Position numbers and translations under genes: made by a program. A stretch of 64,000 bases of DNA. It comes from an uncultured Chloroflexia bacterium. Its GTDB lineage: Bacteria; Chloroflexota; Limnocylindria; Limnocylindrales; CSP1-4. Below the pieces are notes generated by a model, which did not search any database, was not told the origin of the DNA, and worked only from the letters and a program-made list of their open reading frames with translations. Numbering within the stretch: position 1 is the first letter of the stretch; each line of letters starts with the position of its first letter. The stretch is taken from positions 2,205,177-2,269,176 of the forward strand of contig CAWEMV010000002.1 in assembly GCA_963810285.1 (NCBI GenBank), in the 5' to 3' direction. Positions 34,856-43,428 of this stretch are shown here, piece after piece.

Positions 34856-36444
34856 CGCTCCGGCCCGCGAGGCGCCGCCCGGAGTCGCACGGTCACCGCG
34901 AGGCCGCCGAGCGAGCTGGCGGTCGCCGAGACCTGGCCGGCCATCGCCTCGACCAGACCGCGCACGACGCTCAGCCCGATGCCCAGCCCGCGACGCGAGC
35001 CCTCCGTCCGTGGGGGCACGCGGCGGAAACGCTCGAACAGCGTGCCAAGGATCTCGGGTGGGACCCCCGGCCCGGCGTCCTCCACGACGAGACGAACGGT
35101 CCCTGCGTCGGCCGTGGCAGCGATCGACAGCGTCGCATCGGCCGGCGTGTGCGAGGCGACGTTGTCGAGGAGGTTGGTGACGACAACGTCGAGCAGGACG
35201 GCGTCGGCGAGGACCGGCGGCAGGTCGTCCGGGATGTCGATGCGGATCGGTCGGTCCCCGAGCGCCGGACGGAGCCGGTCGACGATGGGATCGACGATCG
35301 CCCACAGCTCGTGGGGCTCGAGGTCGGGATGAACGGCACCCGATGCGATCCGGCTGAGGTCGAGCAGGCCGCTGACGAGCCGGTCGAGGCGGGCGGCCTC
35401 CGAATCGATGATGATGGCCGCCCGACGCCTGGACTCGTCGGTCCATTCGACCTCCGGGTCGGCCAGCCCGCCGGCCGTCGCCCGGATGCTCGCAAGCGGC
35501 GTCCGAAGGTCGTGCGAGACCGAGTCGATGAGGGCGGTCTTGAGGTGGTCGGTCTCGCGCGCGATCTCGAGCTCCGTGGCGGTCTGGCGGAGCTGATCGC
35601 GCCGCATAGACAGGGCCACCTGGTCGGCGGCGAGGGCCATGACCCGCGTCTCGACACGCGTCGGGTCGCCGCGCGATCGGTCGCGCAGCCCTACGAGCGT
35701 GCCAAGGTGCTGCTCGTCGACCTCGATCCGGGCGCGGTACTGCGGGACGCCGCTCGCCGAAGCCCCGCCCCGACGCTCCGTCAGGTGGGTCCGAACCCAG
35801 TGCGCCGGCTCGTCACCGGGCGTCCGGACCAGGTTCGACGTGATGCTGGCGTGCGGCGGCGGCGCACCATCGCCGGTGTCGGCGAGCAACCGCTCGGCGC
35901 CGGTCGGCCCGGCCACGATCCAGACGCGCTCGAGGCCGGCCGCTTCGCGCACCCGCGCCGCGACCTCGGTCGCGGCCTCCGCGGTCGACGGGGCAGTCGC
36001 CAGCGATCGACTGAGGGCGAACAGCGTGCTCGCCTCGGCCGCCCGCCGCGCGGCTTCGTCGGCGCGTTCGCGCTGCGTCGCCACGAGACGACCCACGGCC
36101 AGGGCCACGAACAGGAACAGGACGAGGTCGAGCACCTCGCGCGGATCCGCGATCACGAGCGAGAACCGCGGTTCGGTGAACAGGAGGTCGTACGCCACGA
36201 ACGCGGCGACGGCGGTGACGACGGCCGGGATCGTGCCGGCCAGCGCACCGACGACGACGACCGCGACGAGGTAGACGGGCGAGGCGTCGTCGACCCCGAT
36301 GGCGTCGCCCTCGAGGATCGCGATGGCCGCGGTCGTGATGGCGATCACGCCGACGATCAGGGCGAGCACGAGGGCACTGCCCGGCCAGGTCGGGGCGACG
36401 CGTTTGCCCGCCACCGCAGCCCGGAGCGTCACCGGCGTTCGCAC
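34852..36444 (-). CDS. sensor histidine kinase of the KdpD C-terminal-half type (DUF4118 membrane domain, GAF-like, HisKA, HATPase_c). It lacks the N-terminal KdpD/Usp sensor.
   Basis: DUF4118-like TM block '...YLVAVVVVGALAGTIPAVVTAVAAFVAYDLLFTEPRFSLVI'. H-box SVSHDLRTPL, N-box NLLDNVASH, G-boxes EDAGPGV and GLGIGLSVV. The start is uncertain (GTG at 36444, 36432 or 36522). The track start 36693 would overlap the plus-strand HTH gene. Confidence 0.8.
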   Translation of the reverse strand: MRTPVTLRAAVAGKRVAPTWPGSALVLALIVGVIAITTAAIAILEGDAIGVDDASPVYLVAVVVVGALAGTIPAVVTAVAAFVAYDLLFTEPRFSLVIADPREVLDLVLFLFVALAVGRLVATQRERADEAARRAAEASTLFALSRSLATAPSTAEAATEVAARVREAAGLERVWIVAGPTGAERLLADTGDGAPPPHASITSNLVRTPGDEPAHWVRTHLTERRGGASASGVPQYRARIEVDEQHLGTLVGLRDRSRGDPTRVETRVMALAADQVALSMRRDQLRQTATELEIARETDHLKTALIDSVSHDLRTPLASIRATAGGLADPEVEWTDESRRRAAIIIDSEAARLDRLVSGLLDLSRIASGAVHPDLEPHELWAIVDPIVDRLRPALGDRPIRIDIPDDLPPVLADAVLLDVVVTNLLDNVASHTPADATLSIAATADAGTVRLVVEDAGPGVPPEILGTLFERFRRVPPRTEGSRRGLGIGLSVVRGLVEAMAGQVSATASSLGGLAVTVRLRAAPRGPER

Positions 36445-36618
36445 GGACGTGATGGTAGGCCGACCCGGCGGCTGGTACTGGCGGCCATCCCAAAGTACGG
36501 CTTGGAGCGTGCCGCCACTCACCCCTACTGTCTGGCACGCAGCGGTCCCGACCCTACCCCTGAGTACCTCAGGTGACCGGAGCCGCCGAGAACAGCGCAG
36601 AACGAGGCAACCTGACCC

Positions 36619-36813
36619 ATGGCATCGATGGCCGTCAACGAACTGGGACCGATGCTCACCGCGACCGAGGTCGCCGAGATGCTTCACCTGCACGTCAACA
36701 CGGTGAAGCGCCTGGGAGACCGGGGTGAGCTGCCGTTCTATCGCGTCTGCAAGCGGGGCGATCGCCGCTTCCGCCTCGACGACGTGATGAAGTTCCTGGC
36801 CCAGAACCGCTAA
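36619..36813 (+). CDS. small excisionase-family / BldC-like MerR-type HTH DNA-binding protein
   Basis: The 64-aa protein '...MLTATEVAEMLHLHVNTVKRLGDRGELPFYRVCKRGDRRFRLDDVMKFL' has the HTH_17/Xis-type helix-turn-helix plus wing layout. Confidence 0.75.
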   Translation: MASMAVNELGPMLTATEVAEMLHLHVNTVKRLGDRGELPFYRVCKRGDRRFRLDDVMKFLAQNR

Positions 36814-36824
36814 CTAACCCCCGC

Positions 36825-36906
36825 GCTCGACGGCGGCGGTCGCTGCCCGTCGAGCTTCGCTCTCGCTGCCTACCACGAGCGCCCGGATCCCTCCCCGGGC
36901 GCTCGT
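36825..36906. terminator. two strong hairpins between convergent genes (possible bidirectional terminators)
   Basis: 36825-36855 is GCTCGACGG...CCGTCGAGC (9 bp). 36875-36906 is ACGAGCGCCCGG-atccctcc-CCGGGCGCTCGT (12 bp). The T/U tracts are weak, as is usual in GC-rich genomes. Confidence 0.45.
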
Positions 36907-36937
36907 TCCCTGCCCGACGCGCGCGAGGCGGAACGCC

Positions 36938-39931
36938 TCAGCGTCGGTTGTCGACCTCGACCAGGGTCAGGCCCATCAGGCCGTCGGGCCCGGTGTGCGA
37001 CACGCCGCCGAGATACCAGTCGCCGACCGAGCCCGTCCCGAGCCCGGTCCAAGCGGCCTCGACGGTGCCGACCGTCCCGATCGTCGCCGAGGTCGGTGCC
37101 GAGGTGATCGACAGGCTGCCGCCGTCGCTCGCCTGGGGCACGACCCACGTCCACAGGTCGTAGTCCGAGTCGCCACCCGGCGTCGCGAAGCCGTGGATAT
37201 AGACCTTCCACGTGCCATCGGCCGGGTCCGCGATATCGATGAGCTCGTCGGTCCCGATGGCGATACCGCTTGACTCCTCACCGTTCGGTCCGAACACGTA
37301 GACGTCGAGGTCGGCGTCGGCCTCGGTGGCCTCCGGCGGCATGGCGATGCGGAAGTGGGCGGCGTCGCTCAGGGTGAATTCGTGGAGGTTCGCGCCACCG
37401 GCCGCTACGTCGGTCTCGGAGAACTCCTGGCCCGGGTCCTGCAGGACGTTGTCGTGGATCACCGTCGCGCCGACCAGCCCATGGGCGGCCGCCGTGTACG
37501 AACCGGTGTACCCGAACTCCACCGGGATGCTGACGCTGCCCGTGACACCGGTCCCGATGACCTCCTCGGGCGTGTCGAACTGCGCGCCGCGCACCGCGAT
37601 CGGACTGCGGACGTCGTAGCCGTCGGCGTGCCACGTCAGCGACCCGAAGCGCCACGTGCCGATCGGCGCCCGGGCGTTCGTCACGGTGACCGTGAACGAC
37701 CCCGTCTCGCCGTCGCGCAGCCGCAGGACCGAGGGCGACACCGTGACCCGGAACCCGGGTGGCGCCTGGACCCTGGCGCGGAATGTGACCCGGCCGCTGC
37801 CGCCGGTGACGCTGGTCACGGTGCGCGTCACGGTCTCGCGGCCGGCCACCTCGGAGATCCCGATCGACGGCACATTGAGGTCGATCGCCGCGCTGGGGAC
37901 CTCGTTGGTCTCGAGGAAGTCGCAGCTGTCGGGGGTGAAGATCCCCCAGTCCATGCCGCAGGTGAACGATGCGTACTCGTACAGGCCGGCGTCGTAGACG
38001 AGACCCGGCCGGGTGATCGAGCCCTTGCCCCAGCGCCCGCCCGGTCGGACGTGCCCGGCGCCCATGTCGAATGGGTCGGCCCGGTGGCGCCGATCGTTGT
38101 CACGGACGCGTTGCGAGGCGGTCGTCATGAGCGCCGACTTCGCCATCGCTGCGGACCACTCCGGGTGGGCCTGCTTGAGGAGTGCGAAGATGCCGGCCAC
38201 GTGCGGGCTCGCCATCGACGTGCCGCCGATCGCCTGGAACAGCTCGCCCGGCACCTCACCCGCATCGGGGAAGGGGGACTGGCCGGCCAGGATCTGGAGC
38301 CCCGGCGCCGTGACGTCGGGCTTGATCAGGTCCGGCACGATCGGGTTGGGCCCGCGCGACGAGAACGCGGTCATCGTCGGCGCGTTGCGCCAGCTGCGGA
38401 TGCGCGCCTTGCCGGCGTTGGTGCGCGTCTCGAACCGGGCCGTCGGTCTCGTGGCGGAGGCGATGTATGCCTTGATCGCCAGGCCCGGGGTGTTGTCGAT
38501 ATGGACCGACGGCACCCAGTGGCTGTCGGTGGAGAGGTCGTCCTCGTCGTTCGTGTTGTAGTGGATCATGCCGACGCCACCGGCCTCGAACACGGCCTGG
38601 CTCTTCTCGATCCGGCCCACCACGCCGCGGACACAGAGCACGATCTTGCCGGTGACGATCGCCGGGTCGAGCTTGCCGGGCTCGCAGCCCTCGCTGCCGG
38701 CGGACGCGCCGTCCACGAGCGGAGTCCGACCGATCTCGGGGGTCAACGACGCGCCCCGGTAGCGCCTGTCGTTGCCGAGCATGACCCAGCCCTCGTAGAA
38801 GCGGCGCTGGGTGCTGGCTCCGACGCTCGTGACCCATGGCATGGTCGCCGGGCTCCCGAGGGTCTCGGCGTCGGGTCCGTCGTTGCCGGACGAGGTCGCG
38901 ACGAAGACGCCGGCCTCGGCAGCGAACAGGAACGCGATCTCGTCTGCGGCGGGCAGCCCGGCGCCGCCACCGACCGAGTAGTTGATGACATCGACGCCGT
39001 CGGCCACGGCCTGGTCGATGGCGGCGGCCAGGTCGGAGGTGAAGCCGCCCTCCTCGCCGAGGCCCTTGTAGGCGATGACGTGGGCGCGCGGGGCGATGCC
39101 GGCGACGGTCGCCACCGGCAGGCCGTACATCGTCGCCTCGACGCCCGCGTTGCCCGCGGCGGTCGAAGCCGTGTGCGTACCGTGCCCGGAGTCGTCGCGG
39201 GCCGAGTCGAACTCGCCGTCCTCGGCGCCCACGACCGCGCGGTACGTCTCCAGCATCTGGCGGGCGCCGATGAGCTTGTTGTTGCAGGTGAAGGCAGCGT
39301 CGTTCGCGTTGTGGGCGGTGTTCCCGAACTCGCACGAGACGGCATCGCTCGGCGCCGCGGGCTCCGGGTAGGTGCCGTCGTCGGCGAACGACGGGTGCTC
39401 CGGCCAGATGCCCGAGTCGATGACGCCGACCACGACGCCCTCGCCGTCGATCCCTTGGTCGTACGGACCGCCGTCGGCGTCCAGCCGCAGGAAGGCCGGG
39501 CTGCTGTCGGTGTGCGCGTGGCGCATCTGGTCGCGCATGACGCGGACGACGCCCTTCTGGGCGCCGATCGCCTCGGCCTGCGCCGGCGTGAGCAGCGCGG
39601 CATAGCCGTTCAGGGCGTACGAGTAGTCATGGAGCTTCGACGTCATGCGGGCGCCGCCCTGGCGAAGCGAGGCGTTGTGCTCGCGGCGCAGGTACGCGCG
39701 ATACCTGCCCACGGCCGCACTCCCCGGATCGACCTTGCGACCCGGTGTCACCTTCGTCGCTGCGAGGCCGCTGACGCCGCCGTCGTACGCGGCGATCGGC
39801 TCCTGGGCCATCACGACGACATACGGCCGCGCATCGGCCTCCGCCGCGAGGGCGGGCGCGACCGCGGGCATCGTCAGCGACAGGGCGACGACGAGTGATG
39901 ACAGGCCTCGGGACAGCCGTGTGCGCGGCAC
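36938..39931 (-). CDS. secreted S8 subtilase with an I9 propeptide, an inserted PA domain and C-terminal beta-domains
   Basis: Catalytic triad contexts VGVIDSGIWPEH, DDSGHGTHTAST and GGTSMASPHVAG. Signal peptide VPRTRLSRGLSSLVVALSLTMPAVAPALA. The GTG at 39931 is preceded by GGAGGAG. Confidence 0.9.
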   Translation of the reverse strand: MPRTRLSRGLSSLVVALSLTMPAVAPALAAEADARPYVVVMAQEPIAAYDGGVSGLAATKVTPGRKVDPGSAAVGRYRAYLRREHNASLRQGGARMTSKLHDYSYALNGYAALLTPAQAEAIGAQKGVVRVMRDQMRHAHTDSSPAFLRLDADGGPYDQGIDGEGVVVGVIDSGIWPEHPSFADDGTYPEPAAPSDAVSCEFGNTAHNANDAAFTCNNKLIGARQMLETYRAVVGAEDGEFDSARDDSGHGTHTASTAAGNAGVEATMYGLPVATVAGIAPRAHVIAYKGLGEEGGFTSDLAAAIDQAVADGVDVINYSVGGGAGLPAADEIAFLFAAEAGVFVATSSGNDGPDAETLGSPATMPWVTSVGASTQRRFYEGWVMLGNDRRYRGASLTPEIGRTPLVDGASAGSEGCEPGKLDPAIVTGKIVLCVRGVVGRIEKSQAVFEAGGVGMIHYNTNDEDDLSTDSHWVPSVHIDNTPGLAIKAYIASATRPTARFETRTNAGKARIRSWRNAPTMTAFSSRGPNPIVPDLIKPDVTAPGLQILAGQSPFPDAGEVPGELFQAIGGTSMASPHVAGIFALLKQAHPEWSAAMAKSALMTTASQRVRDNDRRHRADPFDMGAGHVRPGGRWGKGSITRPGLVYDAGLYEYASFTCGMDWGIFTPDSCDFLETNEVPSAAIDLNVPSIGISEVAGRETVTRTVTSVTGGSGRVTFRARVQAPPGFRVTVSPSVLRLRDGETGSFTVTVTNARAPIGTWRFGSLTWHADGYDVRSPIAVRGAQFDTPEEVIGTGVTGSVSIPVEFGYTGSYTAAAHGLVGATVIHDNVLQDPGQEFSETDVAAGGANLHEFTLSDAAHFRIAMPPEATEADADLDVYVFGPNGEESSGIAIGTDELIDIADPADGTWKVYIHGFATPGGDSDYDLWTWVVPQASDGGSLSITSAPTSATIGTVGTVEAAWTGLGTGSVGDWYLGGVSHTGPDGLMGLTLVEVDNRR

Positions 39932-40144
39932 CGTTGCTCTCCTCCACGGGTGGCGTGCGTGGGTTACTGGGGGCGCGAGAGGTCCGTCGTCGGCGCTTGC
40001 TGCGCAAGAGGAGGGCCGCGGTAGCCATTGCGGCGGATCCTCTGGGCAGGACCGATGATGGCGGTTCGCCGGGCCGCTTGCAACGCGGTCCGCGTCGTCC
40101 GGCGGTATATCCTCGCGTCGGGGGGCTGCGGGACGAGGGAGGCC

Positions 40145-40852
40145 GTGAACGAGCTCGAGACGAACCTGCTGACCGACGAGGCCATCGACTTCGAGACGAA
40201 GAAGCACTGGTTCGCACTCGTCCGTGGCTCGCTGGGTGCGCTGCTGCTGGTGGTGGTCGCGCTGGTCCTTCGCTGGCTGGCGCCGACCGGTGACGGGTTC
40301 CTCGGCTCGGTAGGCTCGCTCATCGACCTGGTCGCCACCGGGATCCTCATCGTGGCGATCGCGCTGATCCTGTACAACGTCGCGGTCCTGTTGTCGGCAC
40401 ATTTCGGGGTGACCAACGTGCGCGTGCTGCGCTACGAAGGGATCCTCCAGCGCCGCTCGTCCGAGACCCTGCTCACGACGGTCACCGACGTGAAGCTGAC
40501 GGAGCCGTTCATCGGCCGGATGCTCGGCTATGGCGACCTCCAGATCCTGACCTCATCGGGGAAGGCCGGGGCGGATGAATTCAAGACCGTGGCGGACGCC
40601 GCCCGGTTTCGGACGGCGATCCAGGAGGGGATGGCCAGGGCGGTCGGACGACGGACCGATGCGACAGCCGCGGCGGTCGTAGCGGCGATGCCGTCACCAG
40701 GGCCGGCGAGCCCCGAGCCGGTCCGGGCGCCGGTGAGTGCCGCGGACGAGGCCGTCACGGCGCTGGCCCGCCTCACCGACCTGCACAAGCAGGGGCTGGT
40801 GACCGACGAGGAGTTCCAGGCCAAGCGCACCGAGATCCTCGCGCGGATCTGA
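40145..40852 (+). CDS. membrane bPH (YdbS/DUF304-like) domain protein with a C-terminal SHOCT motif
   Basis: There are two TM helices followed by 'VTNVRVLRYEGILQRRSSETLLTTVTDVKLTEPFIGRMLGYGDLQILT'. The C-terminal 'LARLTDLHKQGLVTDEEFQAKRTEILARI' is SHOCT-like. The start is uncertain (GTG at 40145, or an ATG near 40055 / 40028). Confidence 0.65.
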   Translation: MNELETNLLTDEAIDFETKKHWFALVRGSLGALLLVVVALVLRWLAPTGDGFLGSVGSLIDLVATGILIVAIALILYNVAVLLSAHFGVTNVRVLRYEGILQRRSSETLLTTVTDVKLTEPFIGRMLGYGDLQILTSSGKAGADEFKTVADAARFRTAIQEGMARAVGRRTDATAAAVVAAMPSPGPASPEPVRAPVSAADEAVTALARLTDLHKQGLVTDEEFQAKRTEILARI

Positions 40853-40863
40853 CCCGTCGCGCG

Positions 40864-42150
40864 TCAGTCCCGGGGGATCGACCCCAGCGATTCGCCGAAG
40901 ATCTCGACCGCCTCGCTGATCTCGGCCGCGGACACGTCGAGCGGCGGGATCCAGCGGATGACCTCGTGCTGCGACCCGCAGGTCAGGACCAGCAGCCCGT
41001 TGTCGGCACACGACGCGCTGAGCCGGTCCGGCAGCCCACCATCCGGCTCGCGGGTCGCACGGTCCTTGACGAACTCCACGCCGATCATCAGCCCGGGACC
41101 GCGGATGTCGCCGATCCGGTCGTCCTCGGCGGCGATCCGTTCCAGGCCCGCGCGCAGCTCCGCGCCGCGCGCGACGGCGTTCTCGACGAGCCGCTCGTCG
41201 CGGATCGTCTCGAGGACGGCGATCCCTGCCGCGCAGGCGACAGGATTGCCGCCGAACGTCGAGCCATGCGCTCCGCGACCCCAGCGCTCCTGGAGCGCAC
41301 GCGACGACACGATGGCCGACAGCGGCAGCCCGTTGGCGATGGTCTTCGCGAGCACGACGACGTCCGGCACGATCCCGGCGTGCTCGAACGCCCACATCCT
41401 GCCGGTCCGCCCGTAGCCGCACTGGACCTCGTCGGCGATGAGCAGGATGCCGTGCTCGTCGCAGAACGCCCGCAGCTCGCGCATGAATGCCAGCGGTGCC
41501 GGCGTGAAGCCGCCCTCGCCCTGGACGGGCTCGATCAGGATCGACCCGATCGCCGACGGCGGCATCTCGGTCGAGGTCAGCGTGCGCAGGCCGACCATCG
41601 CCCCGGCCACGGCCGCATCCTCGTCGCCGCCGTACCCGCGATACACCGCCGGGAACGTCGTCAGGTGGACGCTCGGCAGCAGCGGCTCGTACCCGACCCG
41701 GTAGTTGAGCGCCGAGCTCGTCACCGACATCGCGCCGAAGGTCCGGCCGTGGAAGGCGCCGCGGAACGCGACGATCCCGGGGCGGCCCGTCACGCGGCGG
41801 GCGAGCTTCAGCGAAGCGTCGATCGCCTCCGACCCGGAGTTCATGAACATCACCGAGTCGAGCGGCTCGGGGAACGTCTCGACCAGCGCGTCCGCGAGCC
41901 GCGAGATCGGCTCGGTGAAGCCGAGCGCGTTGACCGGCCCGACGAGGCGGTCCACCTGGGCGTGGATCGCCGCGTTGACCCGCGGATGGGCATGGCCGAG
42001 GGCCGTGACCGCGATGCCGTTGGCGAAATCGAGGTAGCCGTTCCCGTCGGTGTCGAACAGGCGATGGCCTTCGCCATGGCTCCACTGGCGCTGGTAGTAG
42101 CGGCCGAGGATCGGTGTCAGATGGGGCGCGGGGCTGACGGCGGCGTCCAT
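40864..42150 (-). CDS. class III pyridoxal-phosphate aminotransferase (4-aminobutyrate/omega-amino acid type)
   Basis: 'FMNSGSEAIDASLKLAR', 'IEPVQGEGG', 'LIADEVQCGYGRTGRMWAFEH', 'LAKTIANGLPLSA' and 'STFGGNPVACAAG' are present. The start is the ATG at 42150 (MDAAVSP...). Confidence 0.88.
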   Translation of the reverse strand: MDAAVSPAPHLTPILGRYYQRQWSHGEGHRLFDTDGNGYLDFANGIAVTALGHAHPRVNAAIHAQVDRLVGPVNALGFTEPISRLADALVETFPEPLDSVMFMNSGSEAIDASLKLARRVTGRPGIVAFRGAFHGRTFGAMSVTSSALNYRVGYEPLLPSVHLTTFPAVYRGYGGDEDAAVAGAMVGLRTLTSTEMPPSAIGSILIEPVQGEGGFTPAPLAFMRELRAFCDEHGILLIADEVQCGYGRTGRMWAFEHAGIVPDVVVLAKTIANGLPLSAIVSSRALQERWGRGAHGSTFGGNPVACAAGIAVLETIRDERLVENAVARGAELRAGLERIAAEDDRIGDIRGPGLMIGVEFVKDRATREPDGGLPDRLSASCADNGLLVLTCGSQHEVIRWIPPLDVSAAEISEAVEIFGESLGSIPRD

Positions 42151-42212
42151 CGCCGGAGTGTACCGGCCGGGCGACGTGGAACGGACACCCTGCGCGACTC
42201 GCGCCGCGTACG

Positions 42213-43427
42213 ATGCGCGCCATGGTCGACTTCGCCCTGACCGACGAGAACAGGCTCGTGCAGGGGGCTGCCCGGGCCTTCGCGGAGGCCGAGATCCTGC
42301 CCCATATCCGCGAGTGGGACGAGAAGGGCGAGGTGCACCGCGAGGTGTTCCACGCGATGGCGGAGCAGGGCTTTCTCGGCGCACCCGTCCCCGAGGCATA
42401 CGGCGGCGCGGGCATGGACTACATCAGCTTCGCGATCCTGTGCGAGGAGCTGGAGCGTGCCGACACCGCGTTCCGCGTCGTCCAGAGCGTCCACGTCGCG
42501 CTCAACTCGCTGGCCCTCCTGCAGTGGGGCACCGAGGAGCAGCGCCAGCGCTGGCTCGTGCCCCAGGCGAAGGGCGAGAAGCTGGCGACATTCGGCCTGA
42601 CCGAGCCGGGTGTCGGCACCGACGCCGGCAACCTCACGACGACCGCCCGTCGCGACGGGTCGGCCTACCGGCTCAACGGCCAGAAGATCTGGATCAGCCT
42701 TGCCGACATCGCCGACCACTTCCTGGTCTTTGCCAGCGTCGACCGGTCGAAGAAGCACAAGGGCGTGACCGCGTTCCTCGTCGAGCGCGGCATGGCGGGC
42801 CTCAGCACAGGCACGCTGCACGGCAAGCTCGGGATCCGGGCCGGCAACACCGGGCTCATCAACTTCGACGACGTCGTCGTCCCCGAGGAGCACCGCATCG
42901 GCGAAGAAGGCGAAGGGTTCCTCATCGCGATGAGCGCCATCGACCAGGGCCGCTACACGGTCGCGGCAGGGGCCGTCGGTCTTGCCCAGGCGTGCATCGA
43001 CGCGAGCGTCCGCTATGCACATGAGCGCAAGACGTTCGGCCAGGAGATCGGCGAGCACCAGCTCGTCAAGCAGCTCATCGCCAAGATGGTGGCCGGCACC
43101 GAGATGGGCCGGCTGCTGGTCTGGCGCGCCGGCTGGCTCAAGAACCAGGGCGCCCGCAACACGCGCGAGACGTCGCTCGCCAAGTGGCACGCGACCGAGC
43201 ACTCGGTCCAGAGCGCGCTCGACGCCATCCAGGTCCACGGCGCCAACGGGTACTCCAACGAGTTCCCGGTCGAGCGCTATCTTCGCAACTCGAAGGCTGC
43301 GGTCATCTACGAGGGGACGAGCCAACTCCACACCCTGATCCAGGCTGACTACGCGCTCGGCTACCGCGAGGATCGGCCGCTGCGCTGCGAGCCCTGGCCG
43401 GCTCAGGGGTGGGAGCGTCCGTCGTGA
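42213..43427 (+). CDS. acyl-CoA dehydrogenase
   Basis: 'FGLTEPGVGTDAGNLTTTA', 'GQKIWISLADIADHFLVFA' and 'IYEGTSQLHTLIQA' are present. The start is 42213 or 42222. Confidence 0.9.
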   Translation: MRAMVDFALTDENRLVQGAARAFAEAEILPHIREWDEKGEVHREVFHAMAEQGFLGAPVPEAYGGAGMDYISFAILCEELERADTAFRVVQSVHVALNSLALLQWGTEEQRQRWLVPQAKGEKLATFGLTEPGVGTDAGNLTTTARRDGSAYRLNGQKIWISLADIADHFLVFASVDRSKKHKGVTAFLVERGMAGLSTGTLHGKLGIRAGNTGLINFDDVVVPEEHRIGEEGEGFLIAMSAIDQGRYTVAAGAVGLAQACIDASVRYAHERKTFGQEIGEHQLVKQLIAKMVAGTEMGRLLVWRAGWLKNQGARNTRETSLAKWHATEHSVQSALDAIQVHGANGYSNEFPVERYLRNSKAAVIYEGTSQLHTLIQADYALGYREDRPLRCEPWPAQGWERPS

Positions 43428-43428
43428 G

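Noticed and set aside
34142-36444. Calling the two-component pair kdpD/kdpE.
   Set aside because: The kinase lacks the N-terminal KdpD sensor/Usp region, and no kdpFABC genes are in the window. Only family-level names are justified.
36619-36813. The excisionase-family HTH gene as a marker of a prophage or an integrative and conjugative element (ICE).
   Set aside because: No integrase, att repeats or phage/ICE genes are adjacent. Stand-alone Xis-like HTH proteins (BldC type) are common chromosomal regulators in GC-rich Gram-positive lineages.
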